Origin: Octopus sinensis
Taxonomy: Eukaryota
DNA length: 64,000 bases
Assembly (NCBI RefSeq): GCF_006345805.1
Contig: NC_043015.1
Span: forward strand, 49,538,001-49,602,000
Direction of reading: 5' to 3'
Both the position numbers and the translations under genes were made by a program. This document shows, piece by piece, positions 48,414-61,518 of this stretch (positions are counted from its first letter, which is position 1; the number at the start of each line of letters is the position of its first letter). The notes beneath the pieces are model-generated. The model saw only the letters and a program-made list of their open reading frames with translations, was not told where the DNA came from and made no database searches.

Positions 48414-48783
48414 GGCAAGTAACTTGCTTACGAACTACATGGTACCGGGTTCAGTCCCACTGCGTGGCCCCTTGGGCGAGTGTCTTCTGCTAGAGCCTCG
48501 GGCCACCAGGAACTTGTGGGTGGATTTGGTAGACGGAAACTGGAGGAAGCCCGTCATATGTATATGTATATGTGTGTGTATATGTTTGTGTGTCTGTGTT
48601 TGTCCTCCAAAACATCGCTTGACATCCGATGCTGGTGTGTTTGCGTTCCTGTAACTTGGCGGTTCGGCAAAGGAGACCGATAGGCTTCCAAAGAATAAGT
48701 CCTGGGTTCGATGTGCTCGACTAAAGGTGGTGCTCCAGCATGGCCACAGTCAAATGACTGAAGCAAGTAAAAGAGTAAAGAGT
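48414..48783 (+). mobile_element. SINE family C
   Basis: Homologous to 63480-63891. Confidence 0.8.
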
Positions 48784-48971
48784 ATAACTGAGGTTAGGAA
48801 GCACATTTTGCGGCGGCAGGGTTTCGGTTTCAGCCCTACAGCGCGGCACCGAGCAGGCCAAAACCTTGCGAACGAATTTGATGGTTGGAAAGTGTGTGGA
48901 AACCACGTGGTATGCACACACACACACACACACACATACATATATATATATACACGCACGCACGCAAACAC

Positions 48972-49006
<35 letters not shown>

Positions 49007-49749
49007 GTGCGTGCGTGTGTGTATGTTTCTGCGTGTGTGTGTTTGTTTGACTCCACCACTGTTTGACAACCAATGTTGGTTTGTTTACGTCACTTAGCGG
49101 TCGAGCTAGAAGAAACCGACAGAATAAAAAGCAGGTTTAAAAAGGAAAATATACACCGGTATCAGTTTACGCAACACAAAACCCTTCAAGGCGGTGCTCC
49201 AGCCTAGCCGCAGTCGAATGACTGAAACTGCTAAAACAAGAAGAATAAAAATGCAAAACTTTTGCTTCCTCATAAGGAATGTATGCAAGGGAGATAATCG
49301 AGTGAACTCTAGTACGTTAAGATAATAATTTCAGCGAATATCTCTGAACGGCAAACAGCAGCAGCAGCAGCAAAATTGTCGGTTTATATTTAATGCTGTA
49401 TGTGTATCACTGATTAAACGATTTTGTTTTAGGATTGTACGGAGATTTAAATAGATATTGAAAGTAATTGAATTAATCGATCGTATCCCAGCTTAGAAAG
49501 TTCGTGTCTACGCTTATTAGCTTGTAAATGCAAATGGACGAATACAGCAGAGAAGCTGGAAATCGGCAATGGCGACGCACGTATAAGTGTTTAAGAAGAA
49601 TGAATAAATGATTAAATAAATAAATAAATAAACATGAGTTTTCGTTGGTTTCAAATGCGTTAGAAATGCAATGGATGCATTATAAATATAGCTGCGTGTG
49701 TGTGTGTGCGTGTGCCTGCGTGTGTGTGTGTGTGCGCCTGCGTGTGGTA

Positions 49750-49780
<31 letters not shown>

Positions 49781-49909
49781 ATATATGAAAGCAGGAAATA
49801 GGAAGAATGGGAGGACGACTATTGTAAGTTTATGCAATTATTGTTTATAAAGCATTGCAAGAACGAATGATAGAGCTTAGATAAATACGGATACGTATGT
49901 ATTTATGTA

Positions 49910-49945
<36 letters not shown>

Positions 49946-50390
49946 TGTATGTATGTATGTATGATGTAGTATATATATGTGTGTATATTTATATTATATG
50001 TATATATGCATGTATATATATATGTGTGTGTATATATATATATACATATATATACATATATATATGTACATATAGTGTAGATATTATATGCATATATATA
50101 AGGTTTGTGTGTATATATATATATAAGTGTATATATGTATATATATATGTATGTATATATATATATATATATAATAGCTATATATAATATATATGTATGT
50201 ATGTATATATATATATATGGTATGTATATTATATGTATGTATGTATGTATATATTATATATATATATCTGTATGTTATGTATATATAATGTATGTATTAT
50301 GTATATATATATATATATGTATATGTATATATATGTATGTATGTATGTATATATAATATATATATATGTATATGTATATATATATGTATA

Positions 50391-50430
<40 letters not shown>

Positions 50431-50436
50431 TATATC

Positions 50437-50491
<55 letters not shown>

Positions 50492-50549
50492 TATATTACA
50501 TACAAGTAAATAAATGGAGTTGAACGCAGATGTTATTCAAATCCTTTTA

Positions 50550-50633
50550 CTTTCGACCTATGTTTCGACGACAACATTGGTTTTATTCCGAAGGAATACT
50601 GTGTAAAATAATGGAATCTTCTCATCAGGAAAG
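50550..50633 (-). ncRNA. Type I hammerhead ribozyme-like motif, same family as 46852
   Basis: ctttc CTGATGA ga...tc GAAA catag GTC gaaag; perfect 5-bp stem I. Confidence 0.65.
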
Positions 50634-50922
50634 AAAGAGAACCTATCTCAACAACAAAACATTATAACAATTTTGATGACTGCGTAAATGATAAACAGAA
50701 GGCTATTAAGTATTTTTTAAAAACCGTTAGAAGATCCGACGTCAAAGTCAGACCCTAGGAATTTGAACGTATCGGCAGACGAAATACGGCTACGTACTTC
50801 GCCCGGCGTGGTCACGTTTCTGCCAGCTCACCGCCTTATTTGGTATTAATAATAAATAATTATCAACTTCACAATCTCCATTTTCTTCATCTTTTTAATG
50901 AATATATATATATATGAAGAGG

Positions 50923-50954
<32 letters not shown>

Positions 50955-50956
50955 CT

Positions 50957-50988
<32 letters not shown>

Positions 50989-51000
50989 CAATAATGTATT

Positions 51001-51212
51001 TAAGAGGTTGTTTGTTATGGCTGGTCAGAGAGTGACCATTGGTTTCGCACCTATAAAACGCTTAGCTGTAGGGGAGACTCGTGAGACTCGTTGGCCGGCA
51101 GCACATAACCTCTCCCTCGGGGCAGCGAGTCTGACGAGTCTCCCATACGACAACGCTTTATAGGTGCGAAACCAATGATCACTCTCTAATCAGACATAAC
51201 AAACAACCTTCT
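51001..51212. mobile_element. Foldback MITE with ~90-bp imperfect arms
   Basis: cattggtttcgcacctataaa / tttataggtgcgaaaccaatg. Confidence 0.8.
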
Positions 51213-51269
51213 GAATATATACATACACATATGAGTGTGTGTGTTTATACGTATAGAATGAGATAGATA

Positions 51270-51620
51270 CCGTAAATCCTCGAGTATAATCCGCATTTTT
51301 TCCCCAAAATTTAAAGGTCAAAATCCCTAGTGCGTGCTATATACTAGGTTAAAAATGAAAAATATTTTCTAAGCAATGTCCGAGTCTCTATTTGCTGTCC
51401 GGCAATGTTTATTCAGACGCATTTTGTGATGTCGGGCGCGAAAATACCTTAAGCTAAGCCTGAAAGCAATGAAGCAACATTTATTAAAATAAAAGTATTC
51501 AGAACACAGAATAATATGTAACAAAAACAATTTGCAAACATACTTACATTTCCATATAACAGTTTAAAACAGCATTATTATATTACGCATGCGCAGAAGT
51601 ATTTGTTCGACTAGATGCTG
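51270..51620 (+). mobile_element. One end of a Tc2/pogo-like element
   Basis: ta|ccgtaaatcctcgagtataatccgca terminus; matching end not found. Confidence 0.45.
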
Positions 51621-51645
51621 TTGGTTTAATCACGCACGACTCAAG

Positions 51646-51676
<31 letters not shown>

Positions 51677-52254
51677 CATACATACATACATACATACATA
51701 AGAACATACGTGCGTAATTGTTATCCCAAATGAATACTAGCTGTCAAAAAATTCCAGTTTTAGTATATTTTCATAAAAATATTGCATTTATGATCCATTT
51801 TCAACGCAACGCTCAGCCCTCCTCACTCGCATCCCTCCTCACTCGCATCCCTCCTCACTCGCATCCCTCATATTAGTCGAGAAATTTCTCATTTGCTGTG
51901 ACCTCAACTTCCTTAAAACGCATTCAGTTCTTTGTTAAATGAGAACGATCGTTTATCACTTCCGGCCGACATTAAAATATCACGCACGCGACTGTTCATA
52001 ATTGTGTCGCTGCCGCTGTCTTTTGTCTCGGTGGCTATTTTTGGATGCAATTAAATATATTTTTGTACTGTTGTAGTCGTTGAGTTATTATTGTTGTTGC
52101 TGTTTTTGAAAATGGAAGTGTTTGACCTAATTGCATGAGTTGGGATGATCTCGTTAAGTCAGGAAATTGTGATTTTCAGTGACATTTGGTTACTAGTTCT
52201 AGCCGAGCGAGTAAGTAGAGAGAGACTCCATCATGAGGTAGAATAATTCTTTCT

Positions 52255-53426
52255 GTTTTAAGCACAAGACCTGACATTTGTGGGGAAGGAGTTAGCCGAT
52301 TTCTTTTGGCCCTAGGCTCAGCTAGTACTTGTTTTCTGGACTGCGAAAGAAAGGAAGGAAAATCCGCCTCGACGAAATTTGAACTCAGAACGTAAACATC
52401 CGGAAGAAATGCCGCTAAGAATCTTGTCCGATTCGCTAACGATTCTACCAGTTCGTCGCTTTAATAATAATCATTTCTATTCTTTTCTACTCTAGGCACA
52501 AGGCCTGAAATTTAGGGGGAAAGGGCCAGTCGATTATATCGACCCCATTTCGCAACTGGTACTTAATTTATCTACCCCCGAAAGAATGAAAAGCAAAGTC
52601 GTCCTCGGCGGAATTTCTATTTTAGACACAAAGCCTGAAATTTTAGGAGACGGAGCTGGTCGATTACATCGACCGCAAAGCTCAATTGTTTCTTATTCTA
52701 TCGACCCCGAAAGGATGAAAGGCAAAGTCGACCTCAGCGGAAGTTGAACTCAGGACATAAAGACGGACGAAAGGCCGCTAAGCATTTTGTCCGGCGTACT
52801 AAAGATTCTGCCAGCTCACCGCCTGAATAATAATGGTTTCAAATTTTGGCACAGGGCCAGATTTTTTGGGGAATGGGTAAGTCGACGGCATCGACCCCAC
52901 TACTCGAATGGTACTTATTTTATCGACCCTGAAAGGATGAAAGATAAAGTCAGCCTTGGCGGAAGTTGAACTCAGAGCATAAAGAAGGATAAAATGCCAC
53001 TAAGCTATTCGCTCGACATGCTAACGATTCTGCCAGCTCGCCACCTGAATACTAATGGTTTCAAATTTTCGCACAGGGCCAGCTATTTGGGGGAGGGGTT
53101 AAGTCGATTGCATCGATCCCAGTACTCAGCTGGTACTTATTTTATCGACCCAGAAAGGATGAAGAACAAAATCGACCTCGATGGAATACACAACCTGAAT
53201 AATAATTGTTTCGAATTTTGGCACAGAATCAGCAGTTTCTGAGGGCTAAGGGGAAGGTGATTACGATTAATCCCCAGTACTTTATTGGTATTTGTTTTAT
53301 CGACCCCGAAAGGATGAAAGTTAAAGTCGACCTCGGTGGAATTTGAACTCAGAACGTAAAACCGGAAGAAATGTGGCTAAACATTTTGTCTGGCGTGCTA
53401 ATGATTTTGGCTGCTCGTCGCCCCTA
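52255..53426 (-). mobile_element. Chain of six same-orientation family E (tail B) SINEs
   Basis: Copies start at about 52255, 52481, 52618, 52835, 53055 and 53200; several joined by aataataat linkers. Confidence 0.8.
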
Positions 53427-53614
53427 ATCGATAAATTAAAATGAAATATGTTTGGTTTTGTACTTCATTAAAAATTGATACATAAAGTTTCTTTAATTGT
53501 AATTCTTCCCCGTTTATTTCATAAAAAATTCTGTATCAGTTTTTAAAATAACAAAATGGCTGCGAATAATTTTGTATAAAATATTAATTTATACACAGAT
53601 GTTTTTTTTCTCTA

Positions 53615-53887
53615 TTATAAGTCATCCACAGAAGCAACGTCTTGAGCTGAGGTACCGCTTTCAGCTGGGTCACCGCCTTCAGATGAGACATTGCCTTGAG
53701 CTGGAATTGTTAATACCTTCAGCTGTGGTAATGCCTTCAGCTGTGGTAATGTCTTCAGCTGGGGGTAATACGTTCATATGGAACATTGGCTTGACCTGGG
53801 GCTCGACCTTGATAAACGACGTATATAAAGGTATATCTGAAAGCTCATCTTTATCCATCGACAATTCGCACTCTTTCACATTGAAAT
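53615..53887 (-). CDS. Candidate terminal coding exon with a 1-nt frameshift, product unknown
   Basis: Pyrimidine tract + ccaatttag|AT TTC AAT gives DFNVKECELSMDKDELSDIPLYTSFIKVEPQVKPMFHMNVLPPAEDITTAEG...; shifted frame continues PAQGNVSSEGGDPAESGTSAQDVASVDDL*; AATAAA at 53518-53513. Confidence 0.45.
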
Positions 53888-54077
53888 CTAAATTGGAGGA
53901 TCGATAAAAAATAGGCGTGGGGAGAGCAGAGAGGATTCCGAGCGTTGTAGAGACAACCGTTTGAAAATTAGGTTTGTTTGGTATATATATGTGATAAGAT
54001 TTTTATCCTGCTTTCTTTTCAGGTTCTTTGTATTTTATTTCATGTGTTTCAACTGTTATGAAGTTACATTCACTTTA

Positions 54078-54297
54078 TTAGGTTCGTGTATAATTATTGT
54101 GGTTTTTGTCAATAAATTTTATTCAGCTAAAAACAATAATAACATTTAACAAAAACATCTTTAAATGATTATTCCAGAGCATATTCACCATCTACTTCAA
54201 TTTCTGCTTGGCGTTTTGTTTGAATTGGCGTCTTGTCTAAATTTTTTGCTGAATAAAATTCAATGAAAAAAGCCGCAATAATTATGCACCAACCTAA
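54078..54297. mobile_element. Mariner-derived MITE (MADE-like TIRs)
   Basis: ta|ttaggttcgtgtataattattg...caataattatgcaccaacctaa; resembles the Hsmar1/MADE1 TIR. Confidence 0.75.
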
Positions 54298-54481
54298 TGT
54301 TAAAGAAAAAAAATTATGCAGTTTTCTGTCAATATGGCGACGTTTGATAGACAAATATATTTTACGTGAATAAAGCGCTGAAGATTCTTTAGTCCTTTAA
54401 AATTCAGATTATTCTGCCAAATGTGATATTTATTTATTTACACTGTTTTGAATTAATCATGCATTATCTCACAGCTTCGTG

Positions 54482-54782
54482 AAGGCGTATAGCTTAGTGG
54501 TTAGGGTTTTCGGAGTTCGCTTCCCGGCGACGCGTTGTGTCCTTTAGCAAGACTCTTTATTTCATATTGCTCCAGTTCACTCAGCTGGCAAAAATGAGTT
54601 GTACCTTTAATTTAAAGGGCCAGCCTTTTCACATTCTGTGTCACGCTGAATCGCCCTGATAACTACGTAAACGGTACACGTGTCTGTGGAGTGCTCAGCC
54701 ACTTGCACGTTAATTTCACGAACAACCTGTTCCGTTGATCGGATCACCTGGAACCCTCGTCGTCGTAACCGACCGAGTGCGA
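54482..54782 (+). mobile_element. SINE head B + tail X, head partly deleted
   Basis: Homologous to 445-765. Confidence 0.8.
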
Positions 54783-55256
54783 CCTCGTAGCTTCAAGATT
54801 TCAGTCATGTAATTGTTTATTGTCAGAATGACATTGTAGGGATGGTGTGAGAGGCTGGATCTAGCTGGTGTGAACATAAAACAAGTTGAATATTTGGGCC
54901 TGATATGGCCGTTTAAATACTAAAGTACATATAAATTAAAAAGATACAATTAAAAAAAAACTCCGATTGTATTCTTGCTTCGATATATCAACGCTTATCA
55001 GAAAATAATAGTTCACTTCAACGTGTGTATGCTTGTGTGTCTGTGTTTGTCCCCCCAACATCGTTTGACAACCGATGCTGGTGTGTTTACGTCCCCGTAA
55101 CTTAGCGCTTCGGCAAAAGAGACTGATGGAATAAGTACTAGGCTTGCAAAGAATAAGTCCTGGAGTTGATTTGTTCGACTAAAGGTCGTGCTCCAGCATG
55201 GCCACAGTCAAATGACTGAAATAAGTAAAAGAGTATGCATTCAAATTAGTAAAATA

Positions 55257-55290
<34 letters not shown>

Positions 55291-55329
55291 GAAGCTAAAC
55301 CATCAAAACTCTTTTGGAAAACTTTAAAC

Positions 55330-55755
55330 AGATCTTTTCGGTTTGAACGGCAGTTTTTCTAGCGGTGTCATATGAAATTGTCACCCATAATTATGACCCT
55401 AGTATCGATCTATTGCATTTCAATCTGTTTTAGGGTTAGGGTTAGGGTTAGGGGTGGGGGGAAGGGTATCTTTTTTTTCTTCACAAATGTAAATAAACCC
55501 AATCTGCTTCTTAAACGAGGGACATATTCATACGGCACAGAATGTTTTCACCTCATTTTCACGTCATTGATTGGTTGAAATTGCAGAAATTGAAGAGAAA
55601 AAACAACAAATATCTTACAAACTATAGAATTTTCTCAATAAAGCCAATAGAAAAAGATGTTTTATAAACACATTCTACCGGTATACGAAGTTTAAATGTG
55701 TTTAGTTACGTGGAAATTATTTTAAAAAAACCTGCCATTCAAACGGAAAAGATCC
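55330..55755 (+). mobile_element. GGATC-TIR MITE with 8-bp TSD
   Basis: TSD ctttaaac at 55322-55329 and 55756-55763; (ttaggg)n inside. Confidence 0.9.
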
Positions 55756-56199
55756 CTTTAAACGGCTTTTGTGAGCAAATTTGTCAAATACTGTGCGTCC
55801 TCCAGCGACAGCGTCAAATAACAAAATTATCTAACGTCCTCCCGTAGCAAAGTAATTTCTTTCGAATAAGACACAGCGAACTGGAAAAACTTGAAATGAA
55901 AACAATTTTACGTAGTTCTTATTGCCAACTCACAGTATTTAATTTACGATATTTTTTCTTCTTTTTTTTTCTTTTGTGTTTGCTTGTTTTTTTGGGGTTT
56001 TTTTTTGGCTACACATTAAATAATTAATCGTTGGCATATGCGGGACGCTTCTGCGTTTAAATGTTCAGAATATATTAGACATGGATGAGGGACGGCTGCG
56101 TGAAAACTGACACACTTTCTATGTTCACGCACCGTTTCTAATAAGTAAATTTCGATAGCGGACTATTACAGACATCCCTTGACAGGTACTTAAATATGC

Positions 56200-57040
56200 C
56201 TATCAACCTACTTACCTACCTATCTACCTACCTACCTACATACATACACACAAACACACATACATACATACACACATACATACACACATGCATACATACA
56301 TACATGCATACATACATACACACATTCATACATGCATGCATGCATGCATACATACATACATACATACATACATACATACGTATATACATACATACATACA
56401 TGCATGCATACATACATACATACATACATACATACATACACACACACATTCATACATGCATGCATACATACATACATACATACATACACACATTCATACA
56501 TGCATACATACATACATAATACATACATACATACATGCATACATACATACAATACATACGTACATACATACATACATACATGCATACATACATACAATAC
56601 ATACGTACATACATACATACATACATACATGCATACATACATACAATACATACGTACATACATACATACATACATGCATACATACATACAATACATACGT
56701 ACATACATACATGCATACATACATACATACATGCATACATACATATCTGCAAGCCTAACTACCTCCCCATCACACTCACGAGCACATGCACACACACATA
56801 CAAACTCTTTCTCACACACACGCCACGCACACACACACACACGCACACACGCACTCACACACTCATGCGCACACGCGCACACGCACACACGCACACACGC
56901 AAACTCACACACTCACACACCCTCTCTCACACACACATGCACTCACACACTCACGCGCACATGCACACACACATGCACACACCACATAGACACTCTCTCT
57001 CCATTACACACACAGACACATGCACGCATTCACACGCGCG
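56200..57040. repeat. (TACA)n and (CA)n complex microsatellite
   Basis: Direct. Confidence 0.95.
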
Positions 57041-57059
57041 CGCAAACATTACCGATTGA

Positions 57060-57478
57060 GGATCTTTTCGGCTTGACCGGCAGTTTTTTAAAATAATTTC
57101 CACGTAACTAAACACTTTTAAACTTCGTATACTGGTAGAATGTGTTTATAAAACATCTTTTTCTCTTGGCTTTATTGAGAAAATTCTATAGTTTGTAAGA
57201 TATTTGTTGTTTTTTTTTCTTCAATATCTGCAATTTCAACCAATCACTGACGTCTATTGAGGTAAAAAAATATTCTGTGTCGTATGAATATGTCCCTCGT
57301 TTAAGAAACAGATTGGGTTTATTTACATTTGTGAAGAAAAAAAGATACCCTTCCCCCACCCCTAATCCTAACCCTAAAAGAGATTGAAATGCAATAGATC
57401 GAATCTAGGGTCATAATTATGGGTGACAATTTCATATGACGCCGCTAGAAAAAACTGCCGTTCAAACCGAAAAGATCC
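57060..57478 (-). mobile_element. GGATC-TIR MITE, inverted, no TSD
   Basis: Both TIRs present; flanks ccgattga and ggagatag differ. Confidence 0.85.
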
Positions 57479-58310
57479 GGAGATAGTATTGATCCACTAG
57501 GAGTGAGGGTGGAATTCAAAGAATTGCCACCAGTAGTGGATCTAATAGAAATCGAACCATTGATGAAGTACTTTTAAAAAGAAAATAAGTATGTTAAATT
57601 GACGGGAAAAAAAGAAAAGAAAAAGGAAAAAAAGAAAAAAGGAGGAAAAAAAACAAGGAAAAAAGAAAGAGTAAAGTGTTTTATGGTATGTTTAAAAAAA
57701 TACTGAAAAATATTGAACAATTGTAGATAATGTATATAACGGTTCAAATACTTGCAATGGTATGTAACATGGTAATTGTTATGTAAATACATGATAATGA
57801 TGGACTGTAATAAAGCAAAAGATTAATGGTACTGCATGTGATGAGGGGCGCATGCAGCCATTCATAACCTCATTGTTATATAATCATCTCATTAATATTC
57901 GTTTTATGTATTGTCCCCTCTGTGGTGTCCTCTCTGTTCTTGTTTGCGCCCCCCCTCTATTTTGGGCCCTTGTGGCTAATAAAGAAACGAGTTGGCACCG
58001 GTGTTGGTGAGATACGAGCAAAGCGTAGAAATTGAAAAAAACGGATAGCATGAATGAAGGGAGTTATCAGAGTGAAACTACGAGATAAAGCGGTGAATGG
58101 AAACGTGGAAGCGGTATTATTAGATGATGAAAAAGCAGCCAGACTGAAAGAGATGTTCGGAAGTAGGATAGAAAATGCAGAATTGCGGGTTCGATTCGAC
58201 GAATTACCACCTGTGATAACTTTTGAAGATATGACGAGTTTTCTGATAATTAAAAAAAAAAAAAAAGAGAGATACAAACTGAACAGTAAAAACAGTAAAA
58301 TGCAACTTTC
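57479..58310 (+). pseudogene. Two tandem remnants of the ORF1/RRM-like element
   Basis: 57481-57576 LGVRVEFKELPPVVDLIEIEPLMKYF*; shared tail ending at about 57987; 58054 ORF ...RVRFDELPPVITFEDMTSFL. Confidence 0.6.
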
Positions 58311-58660
58311 GGATCTTTTCGGTTTGAACGGCAGTTTTTTTCTAGCGGTGTCATATGAAATTGTCACCCATAATTATGACCCTAGTATCGATCTATTGCA
58401 TTTCAATCTGTTTTAGGGTTAGGGGTGGGGGTAAGGGTATCTTTTTTTCTTCACAAATGTAAATAAACCCAATCTGTTTCTTAAACGAGGGACATATTCA
58501 TACGTCACAGAATGTTTTTACCTCAATAGACGCCATTGATTGGTTGAAATTGCAGAAATTGAAGAAAGAAAGAAACAACAAATATCTTACAAACTATAGA
58601 ATTTTCTCAATAAATCCAAGAGAAAAAGATGTTTTATAAACACATTCTACCAATATACGA
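58311..58660 (+). mobile_element. GGATC-TIR MITE, right end lost
   Basis: Left TIR and interior match 8628-9047. Confidence 0.85.
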
Positions 58661-58790
58661 AGGTTCGAGAGGTGAAGATGGAGAAAAGAAGCTAAAGAAG
58701 TATTTATCGAAAAGGAGGGAATCAGTTTAAGGTTGACCCTGCCACAAGATTTGACAGTGAGTGTAGCTAAGCGGACAGTAGTATATAGAA

Positions 58791-59278
58791 GGCGGTGAGC
58801 TGGCAGAAACGTTAGCACGCCGGTCGAAATGCGTAGCCGTATTTTGTCTGCCGTTATGTTCTGAGTTCAAATTCCGCCGAGGTCGACTTTGCCTTTCATC
58901 CTTTCGGGGTCGATAAATTAAGTACCAGTTACGCACTGGGGTCGATATAATCGACTTAATTCGTTTGTCTGTCCTTGTTTGTCCCCTCTGTGTTTAGCCC
59001 CTTGTGGGTAGTAAAGAAAGGGGTATTTCGTCTGCCGTTACGTTCTGAATTCAAATTCCGCCGAGGTCGACTTTGCCTTTCATCCCTTTGGGGTCGATAA
59101 ATAAAGTACCAGTTACGCACTGGGGTCGATATAATCAACTTAATCCCTGTGTCTGTCCTTGTTTGTCCTCTCTGTGTTTAGCTCCTTTTGGGCAATAGAG
59201 AAATAAGAAACGTTAGCACACCGGGCGAAATGCTTAGCGGCATTTCGTCTGCCGCTACGTTCTGAGTTCAAATTCCCC
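58791..59278 (+). mobile_element. Family E SINE multimer (head-A-A + partial)
   Basis: Junction gtaaagaaagggtatttcgtctgccg at about 59015. Confidence 0.85.
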
Positions 59279-60037
59279 TGGGAAGCATGTTTAACTCATA
59301 GGTGGAGCTCCGACGGGCACACCCGTTCAAGATTAGAACGGACCCAGGACTAATGGTACTCAAGGAGCGACTGCACGCTCTCCACATCACCAGACCCCCC
59401 CCCCAGCTGGATCCTCACTAGCGGATGCAGTGTATACTTTGGAGAAGAAGGCAGCTGCTCTTCTCGCAGAAAGATATTCTTACATAAAACTTAATTTCTA
59501 AGCAGTATGAGTCATTTTGCATTTCTTGTCACTGAAACCTACCATGGCGACAGAGAGAGTGGCAAAAGTGTTATACAAGCTTTTGTCACCTAAATCTAAT
59601 AATGACTTACAGATGTCTCACTATCATTTCATTTCTTGGTCTGTTTTTGTATTTTATAAATTCCTACGGTGATGGCAGCGTGGCGGTGTTATATCCAATC
59701 ATAACCGCGAACATGCAGGGCTGAAAGTAAATCAGAACAATCGAGCGGAATGTGATACGGCTATCAGTTGACAAGATGAAGCTATCATCATGATCATCGT
59801 GTGTGTGTGTATATATATATATGTGTGTGTGTGTGTGTATGTGTGTATATATATATATATATATGTGTGTGTATGTGTGTGTGTGTGTGTGTGTGTGTTT
59901 TGGTGTTTTGTTTGTGTGTATGCATATGCATATATATATATGTATATGTATGCATATATATATATATACATACACATATGTATTGTATATTTATATATGT
60001 ATATACGTATATATGCATATATATTATATATAATAAT

Positions 60038-60071
<34 letters not shown>

Positions 60072-61108
60072 ATATACATACATATGTATTATATCTACAT
60101 ATGTATACATAAATGCATATGTATGCATGTGTATATATATATATATATAATATATATATATTATATAATATATACCAAGATAGATGGATAGAGAAAGAGA
60201 GAGAGAGAGAGAAAGAAGAGGGAGAAAAGCAAGAGAGATGAGGGAGATCGACCAACGTCGTACGATGAGACAACATTGTTAGCCATGAAATCCAACCCCC
60301 GCTGACTCGTCAACAGTTTTGTCCTACAAAACACCAGTACGAATTTACGCTGGGATAGCAGCGATACAGTAAATTCATTGTATACATCCCCCACTTTGGG
60401 CGTCGACCGTGGCTCTCACCTTTCATAAGTGAGTTACATCACGATTGGGTTACAATCCTTGTTGAAATCTGTCCTTATTTGTTAGATATCCATTATTGGT
60501 TAACTACTGTAGAGCGAAATGCAAAACATTTGGTGGAGTGAGTAGGTTTCGCTGTTAAAGAGCCGGCATGTTTACGACGACATCGGTACCAAGCTGTTTC
60601 GATCTTTCACCTTCCTCAGAACACTATGGACTGCAAAGAGCGGGAAACTTGCATGTAGGAATATCTGCTGGTCGTACTTTAAAATAAAACATGGCCAGGG
60701 TAATACATTGGAGAGGAACTTTCCAGATAGCAATCCAAAATGTCATAAAACATACGGGAGTTTCGGATATGGAGCAGCATTGCTTATCTTACGAGGTTCG
60801 TTGTTTTGAGGCACAGAAGAAAAAAGTTTCGCCTTTCCAATCGTTAACGGAACGAAACTAAAATCGTCGAAATTCCTTACTACTGCTGTTGCTACTCTTG
60901 ATGTTGTTGTCGCTATTGCTGCTGCTGTTGCTGCTGCAGCTGCTGTTATTGTTTAAACCCACGATGGCTCTTATTTAGCAAATCTATCGTTAAACATTTT
61001 AACGTGTAGTATGTATGTGTGTGTGTGGATATATATATATATTATATGTATATGTAAATTGAAAAATAGATATACAGACAGCCTATATATATATATATAT
61101 ATTATATA

Positions 61109-61143
<35 letters not shown>

Positions 61144-61170
61144 AATATAATATATAATATGAATATATAA

Positions 61171-61224
<54 letters not shown>

Positions 61225-61518
61225 TACAGATATATATATATACGACGGGCTTCTTTCAGTTTCCGTCTACCAAACCATTCACACAGCTATGGTCGGCCCG
61301 AGGCTATAGTAGGAAATATTTGCCAAATGTGCCACGCAGTGGGACTGAACCCGAAACCATGTGGTTGGTAAGCACGCTACTTACCACACAGCCACTCATG
61401 TATGGATGGACAATATGAAGAGCTCTTTGGACAAGGTTGACAAAGTAGCTCAAGAACTCGCGCGTAATGGGAAACCCTCGTTATAGTGTTATCAATACGC
61501 TGCAGCCGTACGATACAT

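Noticed and set aside
54169-54354. Small membrane-protein-like ORF and its apparent paralog at 53961-54149
   Set aside because: The similarity comes from the two TIRs of a mariner MITE
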